Part shown: piece after piece, positions 1 through 14,340 of the stretch
Numbering within the stretch: the first letter of the stretch is position 1
Layout: every line of letters begins with the position of its first letter
Assembly: GCA_964016885.1 (NCBI GenBank)
Contig: OZ024740.1
Span: forward strand, 281,604,001-281,668,000
Direction of reading: 5' to 3'
Origin: Eledone cirrhosa
Taxonomy: Eukaryota
Length of the DNA: 64,000 nt
Program-made: the position numbers and the translations under genes
Notes under the pieces: model-generated
Databases searched by the model: none
What the model saw: the letters and a program-made list of their open reading frames with translations, nothing else
Told to the model about the DNA's origin: nothing

Positions 1-420
1 TTCCTTCAAAATATACACGACAAACATATCAAAACAAGTAAATAATTTATTATTAAACAAAACACAAGCTGAACGACTAAAACACACATTAACAGTCAAT
101 ATGAAAAGAATAAAAAGAATAAGATATACAAAAGTTAACGAACTTTACAAACAGAAACGCGTTAACGTTAAGAAAGTTCAAAATCTCACCACACCAAACA
201 TCATTCGACGTGAAACAAAATATGCTCAAAACGAATGCAATATACATTTCAATAAGAAATTAGGATAGATGAAGAATGAAAAACAAGAAGAAAGGAAAAT
301 AGAAAATTTACAAAAATACCTGCTTGAGGCTAACTAAGCCTTCTACAAATAAGCCTCAATGTTATAGCCATGTCAGTAGAATGAACACTTCATTCTTGCT
401 CTTTTGTTGGCATGCGAACA

Positions 421-470
421 GAACTGCAGACACTAACGTTTCTGGGTATCACCCTTCATCAGTACAGCTC
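421..470 (-). ncRNA. Type I hammerhead ribozyme, intact core (probably in a PLE pLTR)
   Basis: Minus strand reads GAGCTGTA-CTGATGA-aGGGTgatACCCa-GAAAC-GTTAGT-GTC-TGCAGTTC. This gives an 8-bp helix I (2 G-U pairs), the CUGAUGA/GAAA core, a 4-bp helix II and a GUC cleavage triplet. Confidence 0.8.
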
Positions 471-729
471 ACTGTTCACCTGCCAAACTCTCAGAGCTAG
501 TGAAAATATATGCTATTTTCAAAAATACACAGTGACAGATCGGCCTGATTTGCATATTAGCAGATTCACTGATCAGCCAGATTTGCATATCAGCAGACTG
601 GCCAGGCAGTTTCCTGTGTACGAGTGATAATTGGCCGGTTTTGCCAAATTTAAATAAAAAAGATAATTTCGCTCTACATGGCTGAATACAATAAATGTAA
701 TCTGAGTTTTTATATATGTATATCTATTC

Positions 730-1170
<441 letters not shown>

Positions 1171-1429
1171 GACGTCGCTCAAATTTATATATATAGATGA
1201 ACACTGCCATTTCAAATTATACATCTATATATATATATTTCATACTCATTTCTCTTCAAGAAGAGACTACAAAATCACAGGATTTTAATCATAAATTCAT
1301 TCTGGTTTGTTCATTCGAATATTCTTTATGAAAAAGATAAAATACAAACTGCTGCCCTTTCTGACATTTTCTTTGATAGTCAGATTGTAATACATTTGTG
1401 TGTGTTTGGATTTCTAGGTAGTTAATATA

Positions 1430-1618
1430 ATTGTTTCTACTTTTGGCACAAGACCAACAATTACTCAGTACATTATTTTATCGACAGTACTTTATTTTAT
1501 CGACACCGCAAGGATGAAAGGTAAAGTTAACCTCGGCGGGATTTGAACTCAGATCGTAAAGAGACGTAACTATGCTGGAAAGCATGGCGTCCGACTCTCT
1601 ACCTATACTGCCAGCTAG
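1430..1618 (-). mobile_element. tRNA-derived Nin-type SINE copy
   Basis: Reverse complement of the family consensus (B-box GTTCAAATCC, GCCTTTCATCCTT..GTCGATAAAATAAAGTAC, tail CTTGTGCCAAAAGTAGAAACAATTA); imperfect TSD AGGTA(G/A)TTAATATAAT. Confidence 0.85.
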
Positions 1619-2239
1619 GTAATTAATATAATGTTAACCACTTATTGGTTTCTTTCCCTTGAGACATAATTTTATCCAGTTGGATATAAAAGTGTGTTTT
1701 GCAGTACCATCATCCGTTGCCAGCTGTTTTATATCTACTCCAAAATGACTGATAGTCATATATTGCTGTTCATATAGGGCTTTTTATAATCGTCAAGTTA
1801 CCTGGTGAGAGATACACTAAACAATATATACTTTCTATCATTTCGATTTCTCTATTAATCCATAACAACGTTAATGATGGAAGCTTCATTCGTTGAAAAT
1901 GTAAAGCATAATGAACAGCACATGATGTAAATATCATCTATCCTGCAGGCCATTGTATAAATATTCTATTCATCGTCATATATCTATGTTTTCACAGCGA
2001 AATCCTTCTTCACATGCTTAACATATTTCAACAAAATACCCATATTAACTCAATATAAATAAATAAGATTACTCCTATACCGTGCAGGTATTTGGTAACG
2101 CACATACAATCTTAAAATATATTCATAAAAATGAAATATATGTGTGCGTCGGTGTCTCTCTGTATGCGTGAACCTTGGAGTCTATATGTTTGTGTGTGTG
2201 TATTTTACTACTGTGCTTTTATTATTTTATTATTTTACT

Positions 2240-3021
2240 TCTGAAGAAGGAATTTTCTCAGGTGACGGCAAATAGATATTTCAGATCTGTTGTTCAACGA
2301 TATCACGTTATTATGGTCGGACGCCATGCTTTGCAGCAAAGAGTTACGGCCCTTTATGATCTGATTTCCAATCCCGCCGAGGTTAACTTTGCCTTTCATC
2401 CTTACGAGGTCGATAAAATAAAGTACCAGTAATACACTAGGATAATTGCTGACCTTGTGCCAAAAGTAGAAACAATTATATATAATTGTTTCTACTTTAG
2501 GCAGGATTTGAACTCAGACTGTAAAGGGACGTAACTATGTCCAACCCTCTACCGATACTGCCAATTCACCGCCCTTATATATAATTGTTTCTACTTTAGG
2601 CACAAGGCCAGCAATTACCCAGTGCATTACTGGTACTTTATTTTATCGACCCCGTAAGGATGAAAGGCAAAGTTAACCTCGGCGGGATTTGAACTCAGAA
2701 CGTAAAGGGACGTAACTATGCTGGAAAGCATGGCGTCCGACCCTCTACCGATACTGCCAATCCACCGCCCTTATATATAATATCGGTGGATTGGCAGTGA
2801 TAGGTGCGGTGGATTGGCAGTATCGATAGAGAGTCGGAGGCCATGCTTCACAGCACAGAGTTACGTCCCTTTAGGGTCTGAGTTCAAATCCCGCCGAGGC
2901 TAGCTTTGTCTTTCATTACGGGGGTCGATCAAATAAAGCACCAGTAACGTACTGGGGTCGATTTAATCGACTTTCCCCTCCCCCAAATTACTAGCCTTGT
3001 GCCTATACTAGAAATCATTAT
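2240..3021. mobile_element. Cluster of four Nin-type SINE copies in both orientations, preceded by a ~75-bp leader also found at 35518
   Basis: Copies at ~2314-2478 (+), 2484-2576 (-, internally deleted), 2583-2771 (-) and ~2800-3021 (+), all matching the consensus. Confidence 0.85.
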
Positions 3022-3379
3022 TTTGCATATTTTAGTCATTGAACTGCGACCATGTTGGACCCTGGCCATCAATGATTTTCTGAATACTTTGACCCAAGTA
3101 CTTAATTTAACTATCTCTATTTTACGAACCAACAATTTACAGAACATGAACAAACGTTACCGGTTTTAAGCGGTGTAAACTTAAACATGGGTATGAGCAC
3201 AGGTGTTATTAATGGAAGCCATATTCGGGCCATTACAACGGAGTCCTTAAACCACAATTGTTTGTCCATCATTATCAGATGTAAAATAAACATATACCAC
3301 TTCAATTTTTGGACAGATTCCAGTCTAGTCCCTGCCTCAGGATGTCAATATATATAACACGACAACCAGCACACCTTTC

Positions 3380-4690
3380 CATTCAGTTTTCTGGATACCA
3401 CAGGACGAGCTTTGCAGTTTCTTTATCAGGGTGTCATGCACAATGCTCTGATTAACAGAGTCGAGAACCTTTGATTTAAGTTTGAGATGCTTCCATACAG
3501 GTGTTTCTTAAGGATGTGCTACTGCCACTTCAGATAGCTTCTGTGCGTAGCAACCATGAACTCTTTTCTGTTCGTTTTATGACTTTCCATGTCTCACTGG
3601 CATACAGGCGTACCGATTCAACAGTGGCAAGCACCACCCTTGTTTTTGTTCCTCTTGACAGTTTGTCTTCCAGATATTCTGCAGTTTATTTCACACTGTT
3701 TATGTTTGAGCTTTCCTGGTTTTGACATCAGTATCGGAGCTGCTCACATAACCTTCGATGTCCCTGATATCTTCACCTGCAGTCAGCTTATAACATTCAT
3801 TGCTTTCGGCTCAACATCAACAGTTTGGTTAATTCCGTGTTCTTGTATTTATATACCTAGGGTTTAGAACTAGATCAATCCATAAGTACGTACTCAAAGT
3901 TGTCAATGGCAAACTAAAAGAAACAATGCTTGTCTGGGCATACCTCCTGAGAAATTCAAACTTTTACTACGCGTGATGCAAGAGTGAACTCATATCGACC
4001 CCTAACCGGGATAACATCAGTAATGTGCTGGACTACAAAGAATAGCAGTTTTCCTTAGCTCTCATGTTTGCTGAACCGAATTCAGCCTGTATTTGATCGC
4101 AACCTGGTTTTGATATTTTGACTGATCAAACCAAAATAGTTTTAAGCCAGGTCTGTCAACGGCGTCATAGATACTATCTCTACGAGAATTCGAAAATGTG
4201 AGGACAAAAAGATTACCTGCTATTACCTTTGTTGATTTCAGTTGAGCCCTCGATAGTACTCACTGAGGCATACTGATTCAAATCCAGCGTACATATGAGA
4301 GATGGAACAGATACTTTATGCTACTGGAAATACGGAAATACGTATGAAAATACCAGAACTCGTGAATTTTTGTGGGCGGAGAAACTGATTTTTACAGATA
4401 CTGGCTGAGCAAGGAGACACTTTTGAATTTTATCTGTTTGCTATAGTATTGGTTTACACAATGCGTCAAGCAATTGATTGCAAAGACGAAATCCTAGATT
4501 TCCCTATTGACTGGCAGAGATCGCACCGAATACCAGCAGTCACTATCATCGAACTTCATTTCGCTGAAATCAATGAAATTCAGCAGGCACAACAATTGCT
4601 TAAAAAACTGGAAATTCATGATGCTAAGTTCGCGTATCCCACAAATGTGCAGAAACCCGAGGATGACCATACACACAGACCGTTTGAAAT
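3380..4690. mobile_element. Degenerate RTE-type LINE with an inverted 5' segment
   Basis: Plus 4200-4660 encodes TFVDFS*ALDSTH, EQGDTFEFYLFAIVL and ELHFAEI..QQAQQLL..NVQK (RT core). Minus 3910-3380 encodes IDNFEY.. and ATVESVRLYASETW..GCY (RTE C-terminal region). Confidence 0.6.
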
Positions 4691-5478
4691 TTTAGTAGTA
4701 TAGTCAAGTTTAGATTTAAAAAATTGCTGATCGACTAGTTTGAAAATAATGGCCAACAATATCAAGATAGGACAAACAATAAGCTTCTTTGTAATGCTTT
4801 CATCATTCTACATAACCATCACCCTTCATGCTCATTGTTTCTCTTAAATCCTGGCAGCCCTATATTACTGTACGAAACGTTTAGTGTTCTCAAAACATCA
4901 CGCTGAATAAAAAAGAAATATCCATTGATATTCTATTTCTATAGAATTCTAAGTCTATAAGAAATGACACAAACAACTTCCAAAAAAAACAAAGCCTCAA
5001 GCTCAGATAATCTCCTAGAAGAAACTTACAAAGTAAGTAGCCCTATATTGATTAACTTGATTAGCAAGTGTGTCGAGTCTTATCAGCAAAAGGGAAGAAT
5101 TACTCAATAAATTACAGCTGTCTTCACAATCTATGTTTAACAGAAAGTTATGCAGAAATTATTGGTATTTTGGTTTTATGAATAGCTATCATGATATGAT
5201 GTTAACCACATGATACTAAATTGCCTAATGAAGTATGTATACAAAAATGCAATGGTGATTTCTGCAGTTGGCGTGGAAGAGCAGTCGTCATAAGCTTTCG
5301 TGCCATTCGATGTGAACTACCATCAGCAATATTGAAATTTGAACCGCACCTTCATAGACCTGACAAACTAGATTCAGCTTGTCAATCGAGAAAGTCTCTG
5401 GTTAATGATCAGTTGTTTCTCCCGACAAATTCTTTAAGATAATTAGGAACTTATCTGATAGCAATATTATGTGATAAT

Positions 5479-5591
5479 TGTTTCTACTTTTTGGCACAAG
5501 GCCAGCAATTACCAGTGCATTACTGGTACTTTATTTTATCGACCCCGTAAGGATGAAAGGCAAAGTTAACATCGGCGGGATTTGAATTCAA
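5479..5591 (-). mobile_element. 5'-truncated Nin-type SINE
   Basis: Consensus match; 16-bp TSD AATATTATGTGATAAT at 5463-5478 and 5592-5607. Confidence 0.85.
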
Positions 5592-6061
5592 AATATTATG
5601 TGATAATGGGGACCAGTTAGTTCGAATGTTTATCGAAAGGCTTTGACATAAATGAGAACGATTGGAAGTATTTGTTCAAAGAATGATCATTGTGAGCCAA
5701 TCTAGTTTGCAAAGATTAACTTGTTACTGAAGTCAAAATAAGAGAAAAACTGCTTATAAAAGATCATAAAAGAAGTATAATAAATGTAACTTATACAAAA
5801 GAAGAATCCTTGGCAGAAATAGATCAATACTTCACAGGTTAATGCATAACATGACATCAAAATAAAATCTACTGAAATCTGAAGGCACACCTTAGATATT
5901 CTCGTCTACAAGTAATGAAAAATCATTTCCAATATTCATTATCTATATATATAGATTCACCAGACAAATTTGTGACAATGCAAATATGAAACGTTGCTCA
6001 TTTAGGGTTCCATACTCGATATGATTCAAGAAGAATTTCACATACTTATAGAAAAATATTA

Positions 6062-6331
6062 TTATTTCTACTTTTAGCAGAAGGCCAGCAATTACCCCAG
6101 TGTATTACTGGTGCTTTATTTTATCGACCCCCGTAAAGATTAAAGGCAAAGTTAACCTCGGCGGGGTTTGAACTCAGAAGGTAAAGGGCCATAACTCTAT
6201 GCTGAAAAGCATGGTGCCTGACGCTCCACCGAGGTTAACTTTTCTTTTCATCCTTATGGGGTCGATATAATAAAGTACCAGTAACGCACTGGGGTAATTG
6301 CTGGCCTTGTGCCAAAAGTAGAAACAATTAT
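6062..6331. mobile_element. Two Nin-type SINE copies in inverted orientation
   Basis: ~6062-6230 (-) abuts ~6228-6331 (+). Confidence 0.8.
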
Positions 6332-8974
6332 TTGGAACGTTGCTGTTATTTTCTTCTAAATTCTTTACACTGACGTTTATAAAAACTATTTTGTGGTCAA
6401 TGTCTTTCTAGCGAGATTTTAAAGGAAGTTTACCCTTTCTCAGCTGGTTGATTAAAATGCGCGAAGCTAAGGTACTGTTTATCAGTATATCAGAAATTTG
6501 TAAATATTTACTCCGTTGTTTCGAGAATAGCGAATAGTCAGTCAGATTATCTGCCAGAAGATAATCTGTCTTGTAAAGTTTACTACGCGCGTATCTCATT
6601 AAAACAATTTCTAAAGTCAATATGTCGCTTATTTTCTAAATTTCACTTAAAATAATTTGAAGATTAAATTGCAGTGTTGTCCAGTGTTAAAAACGTATTT
6701 ATTTGTTTTTATTGCATTGTTTGTATATTTGTTATAACGATAAATAATCATTGTTTCAGTAGATTTTATAACTACTCTTGATGATGTAGTTGTTAAGCTG
6801 ATGATGGCAAGGAGGCTAATGTTGTTTGTAGTTGTGTCAGTAATGATGGAATAATGATGTTGATACTAAAGGGGTGAAAAGCGAAGTTTACTACGGGTAA
6901 GAATAGAAATAAAACTAATTACTTCAAAGCACTTAAACCAACAATACGATTTTTGTTATTTCACTGTTCTGAACACTGTAGTAATAACATTGACAATAAC
7001 CCTCGTCTTGTTATAATCTATATGTAGTTTAGTTGTTTCACAAGATGTTCTCAGTTGTCTTCTCGAAAATGGTAAATGTTTTTTTTTTCATCTGATAAAT
7101 GTTATCTATTTGTTAAAACTTGCTAAGAACAAAAAGTATCAGAATACGTATTAAACGTACATCATTTAAATGATCTAATGGAAACTGTCGTTAATTGAAG
7201 GACTAAATTAATATATTTGCATATTTGATCATATTCAATTGAATTTTATTGAGGCGATTATGTAGGAACATACTAGAATTTTTAAATAGTATTACGTGAG
7301 CTGCCAAAAATCGTCTTGTAAATTCCAGCTTCATTTGTACATCTACACGAACGACACAAACTTCTTTTTGTGAATGTTTAGTTTTGGTCACTATGTTCAA
7401 AATCTTTTAATGTGTGCTAGGAGAATTAGACGTTCTATTACTCAGACCTTTACAAAAACATTAGCAATGTAAGTGAACTAACCTCAACCAAGTCTTGAAA
7501 CCAGATTTAGAAGTACTTTTCCTCTAATTCTATGGCACTCTTCACTTCTTTGCAGGAGAAAAAATGATACAGGAGAAAAAGTGATTTGACACGTACCTGT
7601 TGCAATCCACAGTTAGAAGTAGTTGACGCATCTATCTTGCACGACATCTAAAGTTCATTTATTGTGTCGACCTTGTTAGAATTAAACGTTAATTATGTTT
7701 TGATGTTTTTGAAATAATTTACAATCAGAAATATGAGGCATTAAATTAGAATACCATGTTTGTCCCGTTCTGCTGTACAAATTCCCGCTTATGTAAAATT
7801 AAAACCGTATGAACTTTTAATGTAATTATAAGGATCATATAAGTATACCAAGTCAAAAGAATAACTTTTATTTGTAGTAGCTTGCAATTAAAATTTGTCA
7901 GTTGGTGCTGAGTTCAACTGGCTACTATGAAATAATTAAATTTATTTAATAATATATTATTTCACAATATTTATTCAAAATATTCAGGTCATCCAGTGCT
8001 TCAGCATGCGGTAAAATATATAAATTATAATACCTGCAATAAGTTAGTTAATGATGATAGAAATTTGAATCCGGTGCATAGTATGATAGAAATGGCCAAG
8101 TGATAGTAAGCTCACCATTTACTGGTTTCAGGATATTGCTGTGCCGGTATAACATATAACAAGAGACTATTTTATTACGAGAAGACACATTACGCTGCCA
8201 AACAAGAGGCTAGTGATTATAACAGCAATGCTTTTATCAGTTCTAGGTTTTATATTGTAAACTGCTCGCTAACAGAGGCTATATATAGGAAAACATTTCC
8301 ATTTTATGATAAGCTTTACTTACATCTTCAAACTATAATCAATAGTTTGAAACAAGCAGTTCTTAAATATTAATATTTAAAGTATGAGAAGTTTTGAAAA
8401 TATAACAATACTCTCAGGAATCCTATGTTCTAGTATTATGTTCCTGTAGAAAATATAGATTCAACCAGTGTCGAAGATGAAATTTAGACTTACCATGCAA
8501 ACATTATTTTATTCGTTAGAAGATACAGAATGGTAATATATTTTCTATTTGCCACTGAGAGAAGTTCAAATTGCGGTTTCATCTTAACATAAAAGGCTAC
8601 TTGATTGCTATCAACATTTTCATCAACACATGAAAGCAAACGAATCATTAAGACTCATTTTATACTAGTAAATGTAAAAACGTTATGAAAGTAAACATTT
8701 AGTTAATGGAATATAGTTAGAGGAGACAAAAAAAGTTCATAAAATTTGAAAAGACCAGGATAAATAATAGTAGTGAAGACTTATATAAAATCAGAAAGTG
8801 ATAAACGTTCATGAAATAGGAATAGTTCGGCTACTAATGCATAACTTAATACCTGCCTTTAATTTCTTAGAGCCATTTCATTTTCATGCAACCAGATACA
8901 AGTAACTAATTCCTCTAAGCATGTATATTAAGTAAATGTTATATTCGTTTCGAATGTACTTTTATACAAGAACT

Positions 8975-10072
8975 TATAGATTGGAAGAAAAATGTCCAGC
9001 AACTTTTTTTGTTATGACAAATTTTATGGTGAGTTTTTATTTTGTAAAGTAAAATAAAATTATGTGTTTTAAAGTTTAGAAATGTTTGATGTCATGTTAA
9101 GTGAATTTTTAATTAATTTGATCCATACAAATTATTCACTTGGGACACTGCATTTTCAACGGGTTCATGAGCTTCAGAAGTGATTGATTAATATTTGCAC
9201 TGTCTTTGGAAATCCCCCTTAAGTGTCATAACATGCCAACAATGTGTTGTTCAATTTCAACCGGTATATTCTTCCCTAAACAATCCCCTAATTCTGGACA
9301 ACAGAATTTTCTCAACCAAGGTCTTTTTAGTATTTTCTTCAATCAGAATTAAAGAAAATAATATGCTCACAGTATGAGAAATGGTACAATTCAATACAAA
9401 CGATACAATAGTTTCCACATAGTCTGACTGATTCTCAAATTAATCAGCAAGTTTCTATTATTAAGCGCAAGACATTTCTGAAAGGGTCCGAAATGAAAAC
9501 TATGTGTTTTTTTTTTTATAGTGACAATGGTTATGATCGAAGGAAAACCCTTTTTCTGCACCAAAACCCGAGTTTTACCCTGAAAAGATAATGATTTGTG
9601 TTTTACATGGTATGAAGAGTGTCGTCTATCATGGGGTGATAAATCGTAATGAGATTGATTTTGTTGACGATTTGCGAAGGCAAGCTTCACTGGTCAGTTT
9701 GAAAGGTTTTGTACTCCTGCATGATAACACATGTTGGAAGATTCAATCGGGAAAATATAAGGAGGTTTTGTCGCATCTTCCTTATTTGCCAGGCCTTGCT
9801 ACGTCAGATTATCATATGTTTTATACCTTTACAACATTTCTTTAATGGAAAACTGTTCCCCAAATATGAAGAGGATATAAATGATATGAAGGTAGTTTTG
9901 CTTCGAAATCCAAAGAATTTTATGTTCAAAGCAATAATAGCTTATTTCCTATATGGAACTGAACATGAATCAATCTATAACCAGGATTTACTATGCCAAT
10001 TATTGACATAGTAATGAAATTTAGCTCTTTGTCTCGACAAAAATATTATAAGACTTTTTCTTCAAAGCAATA
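8975..10072 (+). mobile_element. Decayed Tc1/mariner (mariner-type) DNA transposon
   Basis: Transposase remnants LLHDN and LSHLPYLPGLATSDYHMF (cf. HPPYSPDLAPSDYHLF); degenerate TIRs TATAGATTGGAAGAAAAA.. (~8975) and ..TTTTTCTTCAAAGCAATA (~10055-10072). Confidence 0.7.
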
Positions 10073-10449
10073 TTTTATGTTCAATAATAAGAAAAAAAAC
10101 TGCTATTATACAAAAGGGAAATTACCTAGTGAATTCAGTCAGCCGCCTGTGTGTGTGTGTGTGCGTATGTGTATGTATGTGTGTGTATATGTATGTGTAT
10201 GTGTGCTTGTATGTGTATGTGTGCGTGTATGTGTATGTGGGTCCTAATTGAAAAGAAAATATTATTCAATCATAGTTAATGATATCTAAAATAACTAAAA
10301 GAAATCTAGCTTTTATAACTTCTACTTATGGAAAAAATTGTTTTAGAGTGCACAGAAGTGGATTTAATGTAATACATTATCCCAGTTTTACGAATTGTTA
10401 TTTTGAATGTTAAAATAGTAGGATATTTTATCAACACAATTAAACTCAA

Positions 10450-13400
10450 ACAAAACAGAAATGGTGAAAGCTTTGGCGACGAGAACGGCCAACGACACAT
10501 GCTGCTTCCGTCACTTCATCTCGCGCGTCTCCTTTCTTGGGCGGGATGTTATCATCCCGAATTGGCATAGGTAAACAGCAATTCGGAGACCATAACGCAT
10601 CCTTCGTGCTTAGCTTTGAAGAATTGTTCGAGAGCATATCTCGCTGCTTGCATGTCGGTCGCGATACCTTTTCTAAGTGTCTGGTCTCCTTTTTTAATTA
10701 GTTATTCCGCTTGTCTATTCGTTTCTATTTCTATAGCCTTGCTAAATCTAAAAGATTCTACTTTGATCACGCTTTTCAAGGCGAACCACAATTTGTTGTT
10801 GGTGACTGCCTCCGTAAACGCCCGCTTAACTAATTGGCTAATTCTGTCTCTGTAGGCTTTGCGCACTGGGGGCGACGTGTGCAGCTTCCAGTATCTAGTA
10901 CCCAGTTTATGTAAACTATTTAGGTGTACCACGCGGATCAAAAAGGTGTGGTCTGTGTCGTTGGCCACCTTGAAATGTAGACATCCTATACTAGAGGTAT
11001 CTATATCCCTACAGAATAACTTATCTAGGTATGATCTGGATAACCCAATGCAGTTTGTTCATGTCTATAGTGGCATATTCGGGAAAACCTGACGGTACCT
11101 GTCAGACAGTTGGAAAGGTCTGAGCAGGTTTGCGAAGCTTTTACACGCGCCTCATCTCTCCGCTAGTCCCACACAGTCGCAGCGTGCATCCAAAATCCCG
11201 TTCCAGTCCCCCCTCTAACATTAAAGAGCGCGACGTTCCAAAAAGGGTCTCCTGGCGCCTGAAGAAGTCAGGCCGTTATGCCCCTGCATGAAAGCGTGCC
11301 CTTTTCCGCTGGTCACGTACAGCACCACCAAATTACCTTCTAGTTTTAAGAGGATGGCCTGTGTCTCGAGATCCAGACCTCTCCAGAACAACACTGCCAC
11401 TCCGCCCCCAGATCCCGGATAGCTTGGAGATGTGTACACCTCGTAGCCACCGAAAATGGGCACTAATGCTTGTGCCTCGGAGGTTCTGGTCTCACTGATG
11501 ACCTCCACATCTGTGTTCAGTGACCTGAAGTGGTCCTGTTCTCAAGACGATCCCAGGAATCTGCATTTATACTGCCTACACTGAGAGAAGCCATGTTCGA
11601 TAAGATAGGAGGAAAACAGATGAGATGGAAAAAAACTTTTGTTATCTTTGTTTGTTTTTTTTGAAAAGATGGTGCGTGATCCATCTCTCTTGTAGGTGGT
11701 GGGTTTCTCCACGAGAATGTCAGTGTATATTCTCTTCGAGAGGATCCCTCGATGGTCTCCAATTGCCTCGAAAGATGTTTTTTAAAGATTGCCTAAGTCG
11801 TTTGGAAAATTTCGATTATTTTTATGTGTGTGGGAGGTGCAATTTTTGGGCTTTGTATGTAATTTGTTTCTGTGATGTTGGTTCTGTTTTGTTGACTGTG
11901 TCTATCGCTGTTTATTATGTCTGCTTTTGACAGATTGTTGGTGCTTTTTCTGTTTGCTGTGGTATTGATGGAGGTGACGATGGAGTGAATGATGATGATG
12001 GTGGTGGAGGTGGGTGGCGGTAGGACTGTTGCTGATGGTGGCTTTGACGCCTTCCTTTTTTGGTTTGTGTCAACCTCTGATTGTGAGGGTGAAGGATGGA
12101 AGCTCTTTCTTTTTCTCTCGCTCCGGCAGTTTTCCACCATTCAGCGTCATCAAACTCCTTGTCTGATTATGCGATGTCGGGAAGGGGCATATTCTCCACT
12201 GGCCTTGATAGCGCTGTTAGTGATGGAGATAGAGTTTCTGTTGTCGATGTCGCTGATGCTGGTGCCGGTGTCAGTAGTTTTGCCGCCACCATGGTTTCAG
12301 ATGGTTTGGCTACTCCAGTCATGGGCCACGTTGTAGAGAGGAGAGGGGGGTTCGTTAACGCCTTGGTTAGTTTGGAGCAGAATGCCTTTAGGTGCGTTTC
12401 ATCTCCACAACCGCATCACCTTAGCCTTCTACCCTCGACAATCATGGGTAGGTGGATGTCGTCCAGGTCGATCACTTCGGGGATGGCCTCTATTTTTTTA
12501 TGGTTACATTGGATTATCCCAATGTTGCCCAGTTCTTCTGCTTTATTCGTGTGACGTCTAAGTCGATGGTCGTCTTTTCCACGTCAGTGAGGACGACCGC
12601 CAGCAACCAAGGGATCTCTACTGAGGGTAGAACCTGGGTCACTGGGAACCTCACAATTTTTTTGCCGCAGTATGTCGGCACTATGGTGATCTCTTCGCTG
12701 AAGAATGGCATGATCGAGTATGCTTCTTCGGGGGTAGCGAAGAGAACATTCACGGTGCCATATTCCATCCCCCAGGCTATGTGAGTTTTTTTGTGCCCAG
12801 TCAGCACTCATAATCGTTTGGACTTGCGACTCGGCCGTCCGTTCCACCCAGCGTAATTTGTGTCCATCTGTACGGTACGAGACCATACACAGACATCTAT
12901 TTTTCATGACGTCGAGTGGATGGGCAAGGTTGACCCTGTGGATGCTCTTCTTGACCAAAAGCATGGCCTTCCTCATCTCCCTGTTGCTAACGTGGATTCT
13001 TTCTACCTTTTTGGTCACCCCCCGCGAAGGCTATGTCGCTTGGGTGGATCCTGCTTGCTTTGAGGGCTCGTCATCTCTGTTGATGCTGTTGCTTTTGTTC
13101 TTGTCGTCTGAGATGTTGTTACCGCTGTAGCTGCTGCTGTTGCTGCTGCTGTTGTCGCTGCTGCTGATGATGATGATGATACTGGTATTGATACTTTTGG
13201 TACTGGTGGTGGTTTTGGTGGGTGTGGTGGTGATGCCATTGTCTTTTGTTTCGTTGGAAAAGAAAATCTATGCTTGGCCGCTGCTAGTTAAATGTTTAAT
13301 ACAGCTGGGATTGTCACTGCAGCTGACTGAACTATGGCTCTCTTGATTAAACAAGCCGCTGTTCTGATTTGAGGACGAAATTTTAGCGTCAAGTGTGTTT

Positions 13401-13520
13401 GTTTTTGATAGTTTTCAAAATTTGATAGGTGGGGGCGTGTTTTAAAAAAGACACCAATTTAGACCCGAAGGGCTGCAAATATGGAAGAAAGGATCACCTC
13501 ACACGGAGGCTGAGTCATTT
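10450..13520 (-). mobile_element. Tx1-like LINE copy C: 5' UTR, broken ORF1 and APE domain; RT missing
   Basis: Fragments homologous to the elements at 48945 and 54620: KKTHIAWGMEYGTVNVLFATP, MASLSVGSINA, ISETR..GGGVAVLF, DTDHTF..YWKL. Many stops and frameshifts. Confidence 0.85.
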
Positions 13521-13533
13521 ATCTCCAAAACAA

Positions 13534-14340
13534 TAATTGTTTCTACTTTAGGCACAAGGCCAGCAATAACCCAGTGCATTACTGGTACTTTATTTTATCG
13601 ACCCCGTAAGGATGAAAGGCAAAGTCAGATGAAAAAACACTGTTTAACAAATGAAATAATGACAAACTCACGACCTCACAAATTACGTCTTCAACAACCA
13701 ATAATAATATTAATAATAGTAATAATAATTGTTCTTATTTTTGGCAGAAGGCCAGCAATTTGAGGGGATGGGGAAAGTTGATTAAATCGACCTCAGTGCA
13801 TTACTGGTTCTTTATTTAATCGACTCCGTAAGGATGAAAGGCAAAGCTAACCGCGGCGGGATTTGAACTCAGAACGTAAAGAGCCGTAACTCTATGCTGC
13901 GAAGCATGTTGTCAATAATAATAGTAATATTGGTTTCTTATATAGGCACAAGACCAGCAATTTGAGGGAGGGGAAAATCGATTAAAACGACCCCCAGTAC
14001 GTGACTGGTTCTTTATTTAATCGACCCCGTAAGGATGAAAGGTAAAGTTAACCTCGGCTGGATTTGAACTCAGATCATAAAGGGCCGTAACTCTATGCTG
14101 CAAAGCATGGCGTCCAACCTTCCACCGATACTGCCAATCCACCGCCCTGTAATAATAATAGTAATAATAATTGTATCTACTTTAGGCACAAAGCCAGCAA
14201 ATTACCCAGTGCATTACTGGTACTTTATTTTATCGACCCCGTAAGGATGAAAGGCAAAGTCAACCTCGGCGGGATTTGAACTCAGATCGTAAAGGGACGT
14301 AACTATGCTGGAAAGCATGGCGTCCGACCCTCTACCGATA
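13534..14340 (-). mobile_element. Four same-orientation Nin-type SINEs stacked in a TAA-rich tract
   Basis: Copies at ~13534-13628, 13727-13913, 13930-14147 and 14170-14340, mostly separated by TAATAA runs. Confidence 0.85.

Noticed and set aside
2241-2290. CTGAAGA as a hammerhead core
   Set aside because: No GAAA or helices follow, and the second copy at 35518 lacks the C.
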